From Candidatus Latescibacterota bacterium (GTDB taxonomy: Bacteria > Latescibacterota > UBA2968 > UBA8231): a DNA stretch of 64,000 nucleotides. This document shows positions 40,190-50,270 of the stretch, in pieces. The position numbers and the translations under genes are program-made. How positions within the stretch are numbered: position 1 is the stretch's first letter; every line of letters starts with the position of its first letter. The stretch is from NCBI GenBank assembly GCA_965203355.1, contig OZ241889.1, positions 1,184,001-1,248,000 of the forward strand. The letters are read 5' to 3'. A model generated the notes under the pieces. That model was given only the letters and a program-made list of their open reading frames with translations, was not told the origin of the DNA and made no database searches.

Positions 40190-43100
40190 GCGGCTACAGC
40201 GAAGACGCGCTCGTCGAACAGCCGGCCATTAAACTGCTGGCCGAACTAGGCTGGGAGACGGCCCGGGGTCGAGACCTCAAGCGCGAAACGTCATCCGACG
40301 CTATGCTCACCGCTCGCTTGCGCCCAGCCCTCAAGCGGCTCAACCCGCATCTGCCGCCCGAAGCCATCGAACAAGCTGTCGCCGAAATTACCCGCGACCG
40401 GGCGCAAATGAGCATGGTGGAAGCGAATCGCGCGATCTATTACCTACTCAAAAACGGCGTCCGTACAAACGTTTCGGCCCCGGCGGACGACGGCGAAACA
40501 GTGGAAACCGTGCGCGTGATCGACTGGAACGAACCGGCCAACAACGACTTCCTCCTCTGTACACAATTCCGCATCGTCGGTGAAATGCACGCACGCCGCG
40601 CCGATTTGGTCGGCTTTGTCAATGGCCTGCCGCTGGTATTGATCGAGCTCAAGGCCGTGCATCGCCGCTTGGAAACAGCCTATACCGACAATTTGCGCGA
40701 CTACAAAGACACGGTTCCCCAGCTCTTTTGGGCTAACGCGCTAATCATCCTCTCCAATGGCAGCGAAAGCCGCGTAGGCAGCATAACCGCCGAATGGGAA
40801 CATTTCGCGGAATGGAAAAAGGTCGCCAGCGAAAGCGAAGAAGGGCGCGTCTCATTGGAAACCATGCTGCGCGGGGTCTGCGAACCGGCGCGGCTTTTGG
40901 ACTTGGTGGAAAACTTTACGCTTTTCCAAGACGTGGCCGGCGGGACGATCAAGCTCACGGCCAAAAACCATCAGTATTTGGGCGTCAACAAGGCGCTCGC
41001 CGCGCTGCAGGGTGGCCGCAAATTGGGCGTATTTTGGCATACGCAGGGCAGCGGCAAGAGCGTGTCCATGATGTTTTTCACGCAAAAGGTGCTCCGCAAA
41101 GTGCCGGGGAATTGGACCTTTGTGCTCGTCACTGATCGCCGAGAATTAGACGGGCAAATCTACAAGCACTTTGTCGCATCTGGCGTGGTCACCGAAGGCC
41201 GTGCTCAAGCTAACAGCAGCCAACATCTGCGGCAGTTGCTCACAGAAGATCACCGCTATGTCTTCACCTTGATTCACAAGTTCCGCACGGAAGCAGGCGA
41301 GGCGCACTCCGTCCTCTCAGAGCGCAGCGACATCATCGTCATCACCGACGAGGCCCATCGCAGTCAATACGACACGCTCGCGTTGAACATGCGCACGGCC
41401 TTGCCCAACGCGGCGTTTATGGCCTTTACCGGGACGCCGCTGATCGCGGGCGAGGAAAAGACGCGGCAAGTGTTTGGCGATTACGTTAGCGTGTACAATT
41501 TTCAGCAATCCGTAGCCGATGGCGCGACCGTACCGCTCTACTACGAAAACCGCATTCCCAACTTGCAACTGACCAACGACGATCTCAACGACGACCTAGC
41601 GCGGCTACTGGAAGAAGCGACGTTGGACGACGCGCAAGAGAAAAAGCTGGAGCACGAGTTCGCCCGTCAATATCACCTGATCACCCGCGACGAGCGGCTG
41701 GAGGCCATCGCCGAGGATGTGGTTGAGCACTTTGTCGGGCGCGGCTTTCGCGGCAAGGCGATGATGATCTGCATTGACAAGGCTACGGCCGTGCGCATGT
41801 ACGATAAGGTTCAGAAGCACTGGAAAGAGCGGTCAGCCGTAGAGCGCATTGCTTGGATGGAAGAAACGGACATGGCGGTCGTGGTGTCGCCGGGGCAGAA
41901 CGAGATGGCCGACTTAGCCGCTAAGGGGCTGGATATTCGCCCGCATCGCCAGCGCATGATGGCCGAAGATTTGGAGACGAAGTTCAAGGACCCAGGCGAT
42001 CCTTTGCGTCTCGTATTGGTCTGCGCCATGTGGATAACTGGGTTTGACGTGCCGAGTTGCTCGACGCTTTACCTCGACAAGCCCATGCGCAACCACACTC
42101 TGATGCAAACCATCGCCCGCGCCAATCGCGTCTATCCCGGCAAGACCCATGGCCTGATCGTGGATTACGTCGGCGTGTTTCGCCACTTGGAACGCGCCTT
42201 GGCCATCTACGGCGCGGGTAACGCACGCGACGAGCCCGTGCGAGACAAGGCCGCGTTGGCCGCGGCGTTGCAGCAAGTGTTGACCGAGACGAGCGATTTG
42301 TGTCGGCAGCAAGGCGTGGACTTGACCGCCATCCAAAGAGCCGCGGAATTTGCCCGCATCCGGTTGCTCGACCAGGCCGTGGAAGCGATGGTCGCCCCCC
42401 AAGCTATCAAGCGGCGTTATCTCGACTTGGCCAACAGGGTTGGTCGGCTTTACAAGGCCGTTTTGCCAGACCCGGGCGCGGGCGAATTGGCCGCGCAGGT
42501 GAAGCCCGTGCAGATCATCGCCGACAAAATACGCGCGCTCGTGCCGTCAGCTAACATTGGGCTGGTGATGCAGCCGGTGGAAGACATACTCGACGATTCG
42601 ATTGTAGCGGCGGGCTACAGCATTTCTAAAGAAAGCAAGCCCTATTCGACGGACCTGAGCCAATTAGACGTTGAAAAACTGTCAGAAGTATTTGCGAGCC
42701 TTCGCATACAGACCATCAACGAGCGATTCCGGTGGAACGTAGAGCGAAAGTTGCTACGACTCGTGAGGCTCAATCCCACGCGCACGGATTTCAAGGAAAA
42801 ATTTCAGGCCCTAATTGACGCTTATAACGCGGGTAGCCTCGATGCCGAGGAGTTTTTACGGCAATTGGTGAACTTTGCTCAAGCCTTGAGCAATGAAGAA
42901 CAGCGCGGTGTTAGCGAGCGACTGGATGAAGAAGAACTGGCCGTTTTTGACCTGTTGACCAAGCCGCAGATCGACCTGAGCGATGCCGAGCGGAAAAAGG
43001 TTAAGGCAACGGCGCAGACGTTGTTGGCGACCTTGAAGGCGGAGAAACTGGCCTTAGATTGGCGCAAACGGCAGCAGTCCCGGGCCGAGGTGCGCGTTGC

Positions 43101-43233
43101 GATCGAGCGGTTTTTAGACGAGGGCTTGCCAACAGTTTATACACGAGAACTATTCGCGCAAAAGACAACGGCTGTGTTTGAGCACATATACGACGCGTAC
43201 TATGGCGCGGGGCGGAGTGTGTACGCAGCGTAG
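40186..43233 (+). CDS. hsdR: Type I restriction endonuclease subunit R
   Basis: RADLVGFVNGLPLVLIELK, HTQGSGKS, DEAHR, FTGTP, TGFDVP and QTIARANR motifs. Confidence 0.95.
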   Translation: MSGYSEDALVEQPAIKLLAELGWETARGRDLKRETSSDAMLTARLRPALKRLNPHLPPEAIEQAVAEITRDRAQMSMVEANRAIYYLLKNGVRTNVSAPADDGETVETVRVIDWNEPANNDFLLCTQFRIVGEMHARRADLVGFVNGLPLVLIELKAVHRRLETAYTDNLRDYKDTVPQLFWANALIILSNGSESRVGSITAEWEHFAEWKKVASESEEGRVSLETMLRGVCEPARLLDLVENFTLFQDVAGGTIKLTAKNHQYLGVNKALAALQGGRKLGVFWHTQGSGKSVSMMFFTQKVLRKVPGNWTFVLVTDRRELDGQIYKHFVASGVVTEGRAQANSSQHLRQLLTEDHRYVFTLIHKFRTEAGEAHSVLSERSDIIVITDEAHRSQYDTLALNMRTALPNAAFMAFTGTPLIAGEEKTRQVFGDYVSVYNFQQSVADGATVPLYYENRIPNLQLTNDDLNDDLARLLEEATLDDAQEKKLEHEFARQYHLITRDERLEAIAEDVVEHFVGRGFRGKAMMICIDKATAVRMYDKVQKHWKERSAVERIAWMEETDMAVVVSPGQNEMADLAAKGLDIRPHRQRMMAEDLETKFKDPGDPLRLVLVCAMWITGFDVPSCSTLYLDKPMRNHTLMQTIARANRVYPGKTHGLIVDYVGVFRHLERALAIYGAGNARDEPVRDKAALAAALQQVLTETSDLCRQQGVDLTAIQRAAEFARIRLLDQAVEAMVAPQAIKRRYLDLANRVGRLYKAVLPDPGAGELAAQVKPVQIIADKIRALVPSANIGLVMQPVEDILDDSIVAAGYSISKESKPYSTDLSQLDVEKLSEVFASLRIQTINERFRWNVERKLLRLVRLNPTRTDFKEKFQALIDAYNAGSLDAEEFLRQLVNFAQALSNEEQRGVSERLDEEELAVFDLLTKPQIDLSDAERKKVKATAQTLLATLKAEKLALDWRKRQQSRAEVRVAIERFLDEGLPTVYTRELFAQKTTAVFEHIYDAYYGAGRSVYAA

Positions 43234-43234
43234 G

Positions 43235-43316
43235 CAGTGGCCAGTGGCCCGTGCCCCGTGACCCGTAGGATCGGAGAACTGACCACCGACCACTGACCAC
43301 TGACCACTGACCACTA
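43235..43316 (-). repeat. Heptamer inverted-arm element (short copy)
   Basis: CAGTGGC/CCGTG arm, short core, then GACCACC followed by GACCACT units. Confidence 0.8.
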
Positions 43317-43329
43317 AGAAAGGAATGCT

Positions 43330-44514
43330 ATGTTTCAGCAGTTAGAAATGGCGCCGGCCGACCCTATCATGGGGTTGAGCGCGGCGTTTAAGAGCGACGC
43401 GAATCCAAACAAGATCAACCTGAGTGTTGGCGTCTATCAGGATGCGCGCGGCCAGACGCCGGTTTTGGCGGCGGTGCAAACGGCGCAAGAGCGCGTGTTG
43501 GCCGCGGAAAAAACCAAGAGCTATTTGAGCATTGAGGGCAGCGCAGAGTACGGCGCGGCCGTGCGGGCGCTCATGTTGGGCGTCGGACACGAGGCCGCCC
43601 AACGCGCCGTCACCGTGCAAAGCCCCGGCGGCACTGGAGCCTTGCGTCTAGCCGGTGATTTTCTCGCCCAGAACTTGGGCGGCCGGCCCGTGTGGATCAG
43701 CGAGCCGACTTGGGCCAATCATCCCAAAATTTTTGCCGCGGCCGGCCTACCGGTCGAGACCTACCCCTATTTCGATGGCGGTGCCAACAGCGTGGACGCG
43801 GATGCCTTGCTCGCCGCACTCGGGCAAATCCCTTCCGGCCACGTGGTGCTGCTGCACGGCTGTTGCCACAATCCCACCGGCTGCGACCCCACCCCGGACA
43901 CTTGGCGGCAGATTGCTAAGGTCGTTGCCGAGCGCGGCCTGCTGCCCTTAGTCGATTTTGCCTATCAGGGGCTCGGCGATGGGTTGCAAGAGGATGCAAC
44001 GGGTCTGCGGGCGATCTGCGACGCGGGCTGCGAGCTGCTCGTGGCCAGTTCCTTTTCCAAGAATTTCGGCCTGTACAACGAGCGCGTCGGCGCCCTGACT
44101 TTGATCGCCGCGGACGCCCATGCCGCGGAAAGGGCCTTGAGCCAACTCAAAGTCGCCGCCCGGACTAGTTACTCCAATCCCCCGGCCCACGGGGCGGCCA
44201 TAGTCTGTGAAATCCTCGGCGATGCGGTGCTGCGCCGCCAATGGGAGGGCGAATTGGCGCAGATGCGCGAGCGGATCAATCGCGTGCGCCAACGGCTCGT
44301 CGCGCGGCTCAGCGAGCAAGGCGTGGAGCGCGACTTTTCGTTTGTCGAGCGGCAGCGGGGGATGTTCTCTTTTTCGGGCTTGAATGCCGAGCAGGTCGAG
44401 GTGCTGCGGGAGCGGTACGCGATCTACATCGTAGCCGGAGGGCGCATCAACGTCGCTGGCCTGACCGAGGACAACCTCGATTACTTCTGCGCCTCGGTGG
44501 CCGCGGTTTTGTAG
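43330..44514 (+). CDS. aspC: Aspartate/aromatic amino acid aminotransferase
   Basis: KINLSVGVY, GGTGAL, CHNPTG, DFAYQG and the PLP lysine in SFSKNFGLYNER. Confidence 0.92.
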   Translation: MFQQLEMAPADPIMGLSAAFKSDANPNKINLSVGVYQDARGQTPVLAAVQTAQERVLAAEKTKSYLSIEGSAEYGAAVRALMLGVGHEAAQRAVTVQSPGGTGALRLAGDFLAQNLGGRPVWISEPTWANHPKIFAAAGLPVETYPYFDGGANSVDADALLAALGQIPSGHVVLLHGCCHNPTGCDPTPDTWRQIAKVVAERGLLPLVDFAYQGLGDGLQEDATGLRAICDAGCELLVASSFSKNFGLYNERVGALTLIAADAHAAERALSQLKVAARTSYSNPPAHGAAIVCEILGDAVLRRQWEGELAQMRERINRVRQRLVARLSEQGVERDFSFVERQRGMFSFSGLNAEQVEVLRERYAIYIVAGGRINVAGLTEDNLDYFCASVAAVL

Positions 44515-44517
44515 GAG

Positions 44518-47280
44518 CTACGGGATGGAAAAACTGAGGGCGCGTACCAGCACCGGGGTGCCGGTGAGGATTGCCGCTTGGCTCGACAGGGTGTTGCCGT
44601 CTTCGTACACGATGGTCTCTGGCCGGCCTAGGGCCAGGTCCTCGTCGCCGCGCAAAACTTCGATGGGGTCGGGGTGCTGGAGAAATTCGATCAGGGCCTT
44701 GTCGAGCTGTTCTAGCCCGGCGAAGCGGTTGAGCTGGCCATCGCGGACTAGCGCGGCGAATTGCTCGTAGAACGGCTCGGCATTCTCGGCCAGTAGCCGC
44801 GGCCCGGTGAGAAAGTACAAGGTATAGACTTGATCGAGCTCGTTGAAGGTGATCCACTCGTTCTCGCCGGGGGCGTATTGGACGATGCCCGAATAGACGA
44901 ATTGTTCGTCAAACAAGGTCTCGCGCGCGCCGGTAGAACTACACAGAAAGGCGTGGACTTCGGCGTCGCGGCTTAGCTTGAAGCGCAGCTGTAGCTGGTC
45001 GCCTTGCTGCAACTGTGCGCCCTCGGTTAGCTCGACAGCTTGGGCGACGCCTCCTTCTTCGCGCTTGGCAATCAGGTGTAGTTCCACTTCGATTGGCCCA
45101 TCGCTCGCACGGGTTCCAAGCTGGTGCGCGGTCAGTTCTTGGCGCACGTCTCGCGCCCAGATGCGGGTGGTGCGAGTTGCCACGAGCTGGCCGCTGGCTC
45201 GCTCGACTAAAAACATCCGCACGTACATCCACGGGGCGTCTGCCTGGAGCCGCCCACCCAACGCGAGCGCGGCATGCCCCCCTGGCTTTAGGTCCACGAA
45301 TTTCTCGCCGCGCCAGCGTCGCCCGGTCGTATCGATCAGCCCCACCGCGACCTCGGCTCTCATCAGCGCGGACAGCACGTAGTTGTCGAGCACCTTGGTT
45401 TCCTCGGTCTGCACGCCAGCGGGGTCGCGCAAGCCCAGCCAGTCGATCTCGCCTTCCCGGACCGCGACGATTTCCACGAGGTCTTGGACCGCACGCGCTA
45501 GTTGAAGGCTTTGGTCCGGCGCGCCGATAAAAGGCATGCAGCCGCCAAGCGAGAGGGCGAGGGCGATCACCAGCCCCTGCTCCAGCCGCCGCAAAACGGG
45601 CAACAGCCTATCCTCGGCCACGCGCTCCCAACTCATCTTTTGGGCTGCGGCGTAGCCTTCGGCCCGCCGTTTTTTGCGGCCGGTCGCGCCGGCGGACAAC
45701 TCGCTGGCCAAGGTGCTGGCTACCGCCTGACTTTGCCATGCTTCGGCCTGTGTGCGTTCGCGCCCTCCAATCGGTTGGTCGGCGCGGTCGGCCGCGTCGA
45801 GTTGGGTATAGGCCCCTTCGATAAAGCCGTCCAATCCGGCCTCGCCGGCTGCTTGGCGGACAAAGCCGCGGCAGCCGCATACATCGCTGACCACGCTGAT
45901 GGTGCCAGCGCTCAAGCACTCGACTTGAGCAATGCCGAAAGGCTCGTAGATCGACTGCCCGAACTCGGCGTCGCTACCGCGGCGCAAGTCGGCGAACTCG
46001 GCGTTGGCCGGCAGGAACGCGCAGCTTTGCTGATCCCAGCCGAATTGATTGACGAAAAGGGCTTTGACGGCGCGCGTACGCGCGTTAAAGGCGCGGACTA
46101 AAAGGTCGAATTTTAGCTCGCCGCTGCTGAGATCGCTTCCCCCCTCGCGGTGGACCAGCGGCCAACCGTACGCGGCCATGCGCTGGACGTCCTCGGGATC
46201 GCGGCGACCGGTTTCGGTAGCCAACGCGATAAGCAAGGCCCGTTGGCCGCGTTCCCAGAGGAAGGGGTCGAGGTGTTCGAGCACCAGCAAATCGCGCCAC
46301 AAGCCCTTGCTCTCGACTAGGCGGGCGACGTGCGTGAAGATCAGGTCCGGGGTCCAACCCAAGAGCGCGGCTCCGCTGGCTTGGACCTTTTTGCGCGCTT
46401 CCTCGCGCTCGGCTGTGGACAACTCGGCGGCTGGCACTCCGTTGTACACGAGGTCGATGGGACAAGCGGCGAATTCCGGCCCGAGAAAGCGCAACTCCTC
46501 CACGACCCAATCGCCGACCGCGAGGACCGCGTCGAGACGCCAGGCTTGGCTGACGAGCGCGTGTTTGAAATAGCCGTCTTGCGGGCCGAATAGATCGGCT
46601 AGGTACTGGTCGTTTGCCCGCGCTTGGCGCAGCGCATTGTAAAAGGCAATGTCGCGTCCGGGGTGTTCCTCCACTAAGGGCCGCACGGTGGCCACTTCGT
46701 GCGCGTAGAATAGGGTCTTGCACGCCGCATCGCTCAGCATGGCTCTGAAGGCGGTTCCCAACCCCATGAATTCATGCGCCAACAGCAGGAAGGGCGCGTC
46801 TCCAACTAGGGAACGCACCGCCGCGAAACCCGGCTCGGCTAGGCGCAGGTATTGCTCGTATTCCCAGTGGTGTTCGTAGCGGTGTGATTCGAGGCCAAAC
46901 TGGAGGAATAGGTCGCGTTTGAATTGGTTTAGCCGCTCGGGCGGGTGGCTCACGTCCACTAGCAGAACCTCGGGTGCCGCTTGGCGTCCGCCTTGGGTCA
47001 GCAAGCGCCGCCCATAGACCAGCCGTACGCCAAACTCCCGCTCGACCGCGCTGAGCCGGTCGGCGACATCGGCGGCGCGGATGCTGCGGCTCGCATCGTA
47101 GAGTATCTCGCCATCTGGGCCGAGCGGTTGGGCACTGGCGGGGTCGGTTAAGGGGCCGAGTAGGATGGTGCGCTGACAATGGCGTTGGTAGCTGCGGGCG
47201 GTGATTAGGCCGCGCAGAACCGCGCCGATGCCACCGGCTTGCTGCACGGCTTCGTGCGTGACGTGGACGAGCGTGGCCAT
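44518..47280 (-). CDS. GT-B glycosyltransferase (glycogen synthase-like) fused to a lipoprotein-like/DUF4384-like module
   Basis: HEAVQQAGGIGAV and SIYEPFGIAQVE (GT-B). An internal lipobox LALSLGGC follows, then an LQQGDQLQLRF Ig-like domain. Confidence 0.7.
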   Translation of the reverse strand: MATLVHVTHEAVQQAGGIGAVLRGLITARSYQRHCQRTILLGPLTDPASAQPLGPDGEILYDASRSIRAADVADRLSAVEREFGVRLVYGRRLLTQGGRQAAPEVLLVDVSHPPERLNQFKRDLFLQFGLESHRYEHHWEYEQYLRLAEPGFAAVRSLVGDAPFLLLAHEFMGLGTAFRAMLSDAACKTLFYAHEVATVRPLVEEHPGRDIAFYNALRQARANDQYLADLFGPQDGYFKHALVSQAWRLDAVLAVGDWVVEELRFLGPEFAACPIDLVYNGVPAAELSTAEREEARKKVQASGAALLGWTPDLIFTHVARLVESKGLWRDLLVLEHLDPFLWERGQRALLIALATETGRRDPEDVQRMAAYGWPLVHREGGSDLSSGELKFDLLVRAFNARTRAVKALFVNQFGWDQQSCAFLPANAEFADLRRGSDAEFGQSIYEPFGIAQVECLSAGTISVVSDVCGCRGFVRQAAGEAGLDGFIEGAYTQLDAADRADQPIGGRERTQAEAWQSQAVASTLASELSAGATGRKKRRAEGYAAAQKMSWERVAEDRLLPVLRRLEQGLVIALALSLGGCMPFIGAPDQSLQLARAVQDLVEIVAVREGEIDWLGLRDPAGVQTEETKVLDNYVLSALMRAEVAVGLIDTTGRRWRGEKFVDLKPGGHAALALGGRLQADAPWMYVRMFLVERASGQLVATRTTRIWARDVRQELTAHQLGTRASDGPIEVELHLIAKREEGGVAQAVELTEGAQLQQGDQLQLRFKLSRDAEVHAFLCSSTGARETLFDEQFVYSGIVQYAPGENEWITFNELDQVYTLYFLTGPRLLAENAEPFYEQFAALVRDGQLNRFAGLEQLDKALIEFLQHPDPIEVLRGDEDLALGRPETIVYEDGNTLSSQAAILTGTPVLVRALSFSIP

Positions 47281-47388
47281 GCAAAAAAACATAGATCGCC
47301 GGGCATTTTCTGTCTAATGTCAGCGGCGTGATTGGACTTTGCGTACATTTGTCGTGCAGCGTAAATCAGCAACTTTTTTGGGAGAAAA

Positions 47389-48255
47389 ATGGCTACAGAT
47401 CACGCCGCTCCACCGCCCGCCGCCTATGACCCGCTCATTGACCTAGCCCTGCGGGAAGATCTCGGTACTGTAGATGTAGAAGCCGACCGGACCGCTGCCT
47501 GGACTGTGGCGCGCGATGCCCAGGCACGCGCACGCATCATCGCGCGCCAAGCCGGCGTCGTCGCTGGCATGGCGGTCGCCCGTGCGGTTTTCGCGCGTCT
47601 CGACCGGAGCATTGCCGTGTGCGCTGAAGTGGCCGACGGGGATGGGGTCGCCGAGGGACAGACTCTCGTCCGCTTACAGGGCCGTGCGCGCGCACTCTTG
47701 GCCGGGGAGCGCACCGCGCTCAATTTCCTGCAACAGCTTTCGGGCGTGGCCACGCTGACTCATCGCTATGTGGAGGCTCTAAGCGGCACGGCCACGCGCA
47801 TCACCGACACGCGCAAAACCACGCCGGGCTGGCGGCACTTGCAGAAGTGGGCTGTGCGCTTGGGCGGCGGCGTCAATCACCGCATGGGGCTGTACGACGC
47901 CGTGCTGATCAAGGAAAACCACGCTGCGGCCGCGGGTGGCGTTGGCGCGGCCATCCGCGCGGCGCGGGCCCAAGCAGCGCCGATTTACGTGGAAGCCGAA
48001 AATCTCGCGGAGGTCGCCGAGGCCCTAACGGGCGGCCCGGACCGCATCCTACTCGACAACATGGACGCGCCGACTCTGCACCGGGCCGTAGCACTCATTC
48101 GCGCTGACAATCCCGCCGTTGAGATTGAGGCCACGGGCGGTTATACCTTGGCGACCGTGCGGGCGGTCGCGGCCGCGGGTGTGGACTTTGTTTCGATTGG
48201 CGCTCTGACGCATTCGGCACCGGCGTTGGACTTGAGTATGCTTTTTGAGGGGTAG
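47389..48255 (+). CDS. nadC: Nicotinate-nucleotide pyrophosphorylase
   Basis: ERTALNFLQ, DTRKTTPG, HRMGLYD, KENH and LLDN motifs. Confidence 0.95.
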   Translation: MATDHAAPPPAAYDPLIDLALREDLGTVDVEADRTAAWTVARDAQARARIIARQAGVVAGMAVARAVFARLDRSIAVCAEVADGDGVAEGQTLVRLQGRARALLAGERTALNFLQQLSGVATLTHRYVEALSGTATRITDTRKTTPGWRHLQKWAVRLGGGVNHRMGLYDAVLIKENHAAAAGGVGAAIRAARAQAAPIYVEAENLAEVAEALTGGPDRILLDNMDAPTLHRAVALIRADNPAVEIEATGGYTLATVRAVAAAGVDFVSIGALTHSAPALDLSMLFEG

Positions 48256-48259
48256 GGGA

Positions 48260-48410
48260 TAGTGGTCAGTGGCCGGTGGCCGGTGGCCTGTCCCGTCCCT
48301 TGATAGTGGCCGGTGGTCAGTCCCCTGACAGGGCGAGGAAACTGCTTCCTGCTTCCTGCTTCCTGACTACTGACCACTGACTACTGCTTCCTGATCACTG
48401 ACCACTGACA
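48260..48410 (-). repeat. Heptamer inverted-arm element in reverse orientation, with CTTCCTG units
   Basis: On the minus strand: AGTGGTC/AGGAAGC arm, CAGTTTCCTCGCCCTGTCAGGGG and CTATCAAGGGACGGGACAGG cores, GGCCACC arm. Confidence 0.85.
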
Positions 48411-48863
48411 ATAGGGATTGCGCACGAGATTGGCGTTGTAATAGCGCGGATCGCCCGATACTTCGACGCCCGCCCAGGGCGGCTTCGCCACAACCTCGTC
48501 CCGGCTGCTCAGTTCGACTTCGGCGAGTACCAATCCTTCGTTTTCGCCAGAAAACACGTCGATGGTCCAGACCTTGCCCGCCCAAGTCAGAGTGTAGCGC
48601 GTCTTTTCGATGAGGGGCCGTTGGCACAGGGTTGCTAGGATGCCCTCGGCGTCTTGGCGCGGGATTTCGCATTCGTACTCGCGGCGGGCGATGCCGCTGG
48701 TCGCCCCTTTGAGCGTGAGCACCGCCCGCTCGCCCTCGATCCGCACTCGCACCACTCCGCCGTCTTGGGTGGGAATGTAGCCCTGCCGCAAGGCGACGCC
48801 CACTCGCTGGTCGAGGCAAGAGCGGTCGGCGACGAGGTACTTGCGCTCGATTTCCCAAGACAT
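48381..48863 (-). CDS. CYTH domain protein (triphosphate tunnel metalloenzyme)
   Basis: EIERKYL, VRVR, LTLKG, EYE, KTRY and AEVEL motifs. Confidence 0.9.
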   Translation of the reverse strand: MSWEIERKYLVADRSCLDQRVGVALRQGYIPTQDGGVVRVRIEGERAVLTLKGATSGIARREYECEIPRQDAEGILATLCQRPLIEKTRYTLTWAGKVWTIDVFSGENEGLVLAEVELSSRDEVVAKPPWAGVEVSGDPRYYNANLVRNPYCQWSVIRKQ

Positions 48864-48916
48864 CGGTCAGGCGACCGCGGTGCGGTTGAAATTCGTCCGA
48901 CAAACTACCGATAGGA

Positions 48917-49246
48917 TCATGGCGTTTGCTCCTCTAGGTGCTCAGCCAATCCACGAGCCAAATCGCCGCGCAAAACGCCAATCACGTGGGCGTCCGTGCG
49001 GCCAAAGCCCTGCGTCAACAGTTCCATGGTCTGTACTTGAAAGACGCGCGTACCGCCGCGCTCCAAGCGCGCGAGCTCGCGCAATGTCCGCTGTGCGAGC
49101 GCGCTGCTGGCAAAGACAAAGGCCAGCCCCTTGGCGCGGCGCACGGCAGACAGGCCGACGACCGTGGTGCCGGAGCGGCAACCGATTCCCAAGAGCGCGG
49201 ACAGTGGCGCCGAGGGGCGGAGACGAGGCAGTGCTCGCTCAGACAA
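48917..49246 (-). CDS. L7Ae/L30e-like small RNA-binding protein
   Basis: LLGIGCRSGTTVVG...V and FGR...VIGV...LARGL follow the L7Ae pattern. Confidence 0.55.
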   Translation of the reverse strand: MSERALPRLRPSAPLSALLGIGCRSGTTVVGLSAVRRAKGLAFVFASSALAQRTLRELARLERGGTRVFQVQTMELLTQGFGRTDAHVIGVLRGDLARGLAEHLEEQTP

Positions 49247-50258
49247 AGGCTGGCGCGATGGGCACTGATCCGCGTGTGGCCGAAATGTTGGCGGCTTCGA
49301 GGACGCCGATGACCCGGCCCGCGGATTCAGGGGTGATGACGAGGTCGGCGCGGCCCCGCAAGTGCGCGAAAATGTTTTCGTAGTACGCGTCCCAGTTGGA
49401 CTCGGCGAAGGGCACCTCAGTGCTCATCTGGCGGCCGTTGAACAGGGTTTTGACGAGAAACTTGCCGTCCACGTCCTCGATCGCGCCCTGTGTGCCCAGC
49501 ACCCGCCAGCGCGGCCGCGGACTCATCGACAGGTTGGACATGGTCAGGGTGACGGTGCAGCCGCTGTGGAAGCGCAGCGTGTACTCGGAGTGATCTTCGT
49601 TGTCGTATTTTTTCCACGCGGGATTTTTGACTTGATAGCCGCTGACCGAGATGATTTTTTCCGGGACGATATTCAAAATCCAATCCGTAAAGTGCGCGCC
49701 CCAGTCGTAGATGGCCCCACCGGAGATTTTGCGATTGGAGCGCCACCAAGTTCCCTGCTGGCCGTAGCCGTAAAATCCGGTTTCGATGCGGAAGACGCGG
49801 CCGATGATTTGCTCTTTGAGAATTAGGTCGCGCAGCACCACAAAATCGCCGTCCCAGCGCCGGTTGTGAAACGTCGAGATCAGGACCTTGTTCTTTTTGG
49901 CGGCCGCCTGCATGCGCTTGACTTCGGCGCTGGTGATGGCAAGGGGTTTCTCGCAGACTACGTGGACTCCCGCGTCGAGGCACTGCACTGCGAGCTTGGC
50001 GTGCGTGTTGTGCGGGGTGATGATCGTCACCAAGTCCAAGTTCGCGTTGCGCAGCATGGCGCCGACGCGGCCATAGGTTTTGATGCCGGGGAAGTCCTCT
50101 TGGGCTACTTGACGCCGCTCGGCATCCAGTTCGCAAACAGCGGCGACTGCTACGCCTTCGTTTTGGGCCATGGAAGTCAAGTGCAACCGACCCATGTTGA
50201 ACGCGCCGCCGTATCCTATGACACCGACGCGAAAGTGTTCTTGTTTTTTTGCTGGCAC
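49239..50258 (-). CDS. Gfo/Idh/MocA oxidoreductase
   Basis: VIGYGG, CEKP, NRRWDGDF and GGAIYDWGAH motifs. Confidence 0.92.
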   Translation of the reverse strand: MPAKKQEHFRVGVIGYGGAFNMGRLHLTSMAQNEGVAVAAVCELDAERRQVAQEDFPGIKTYGRVGAMLRNANLDLVTIITPHNTHAKLAVQCLDAGVHVVCEKPLAITSAEVKRMQAAAKKNKVLISTFHNRRWDGDFVVLRDLILKEQIIGRVFRIETGFYGYGQQGTWWRSNRKISGGAIYDWGAHFTDWILNIVPEKIISVSGYQVKNPAWKKYDNEDHSEYTLRFHSGCTVTLTMSNLSMSPRPRWRVLGTQGAIEDVDGKFLVKTLFNGRQMSTEVPFAESNWDAYYENIFAHLRGRADLVITPESAGRVIGVLEAANISATRGSVPIAPAFV

Positions 50259-50270
50259 TGCGTGCTCCTC

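Noticed and set aside
48867-48869. TGA as a selenocysteine codon
   Set aside because: CYTH proteins start at the following M-x-x-EIERK, have no redox Cys there, and no convincing SECIS was seen.
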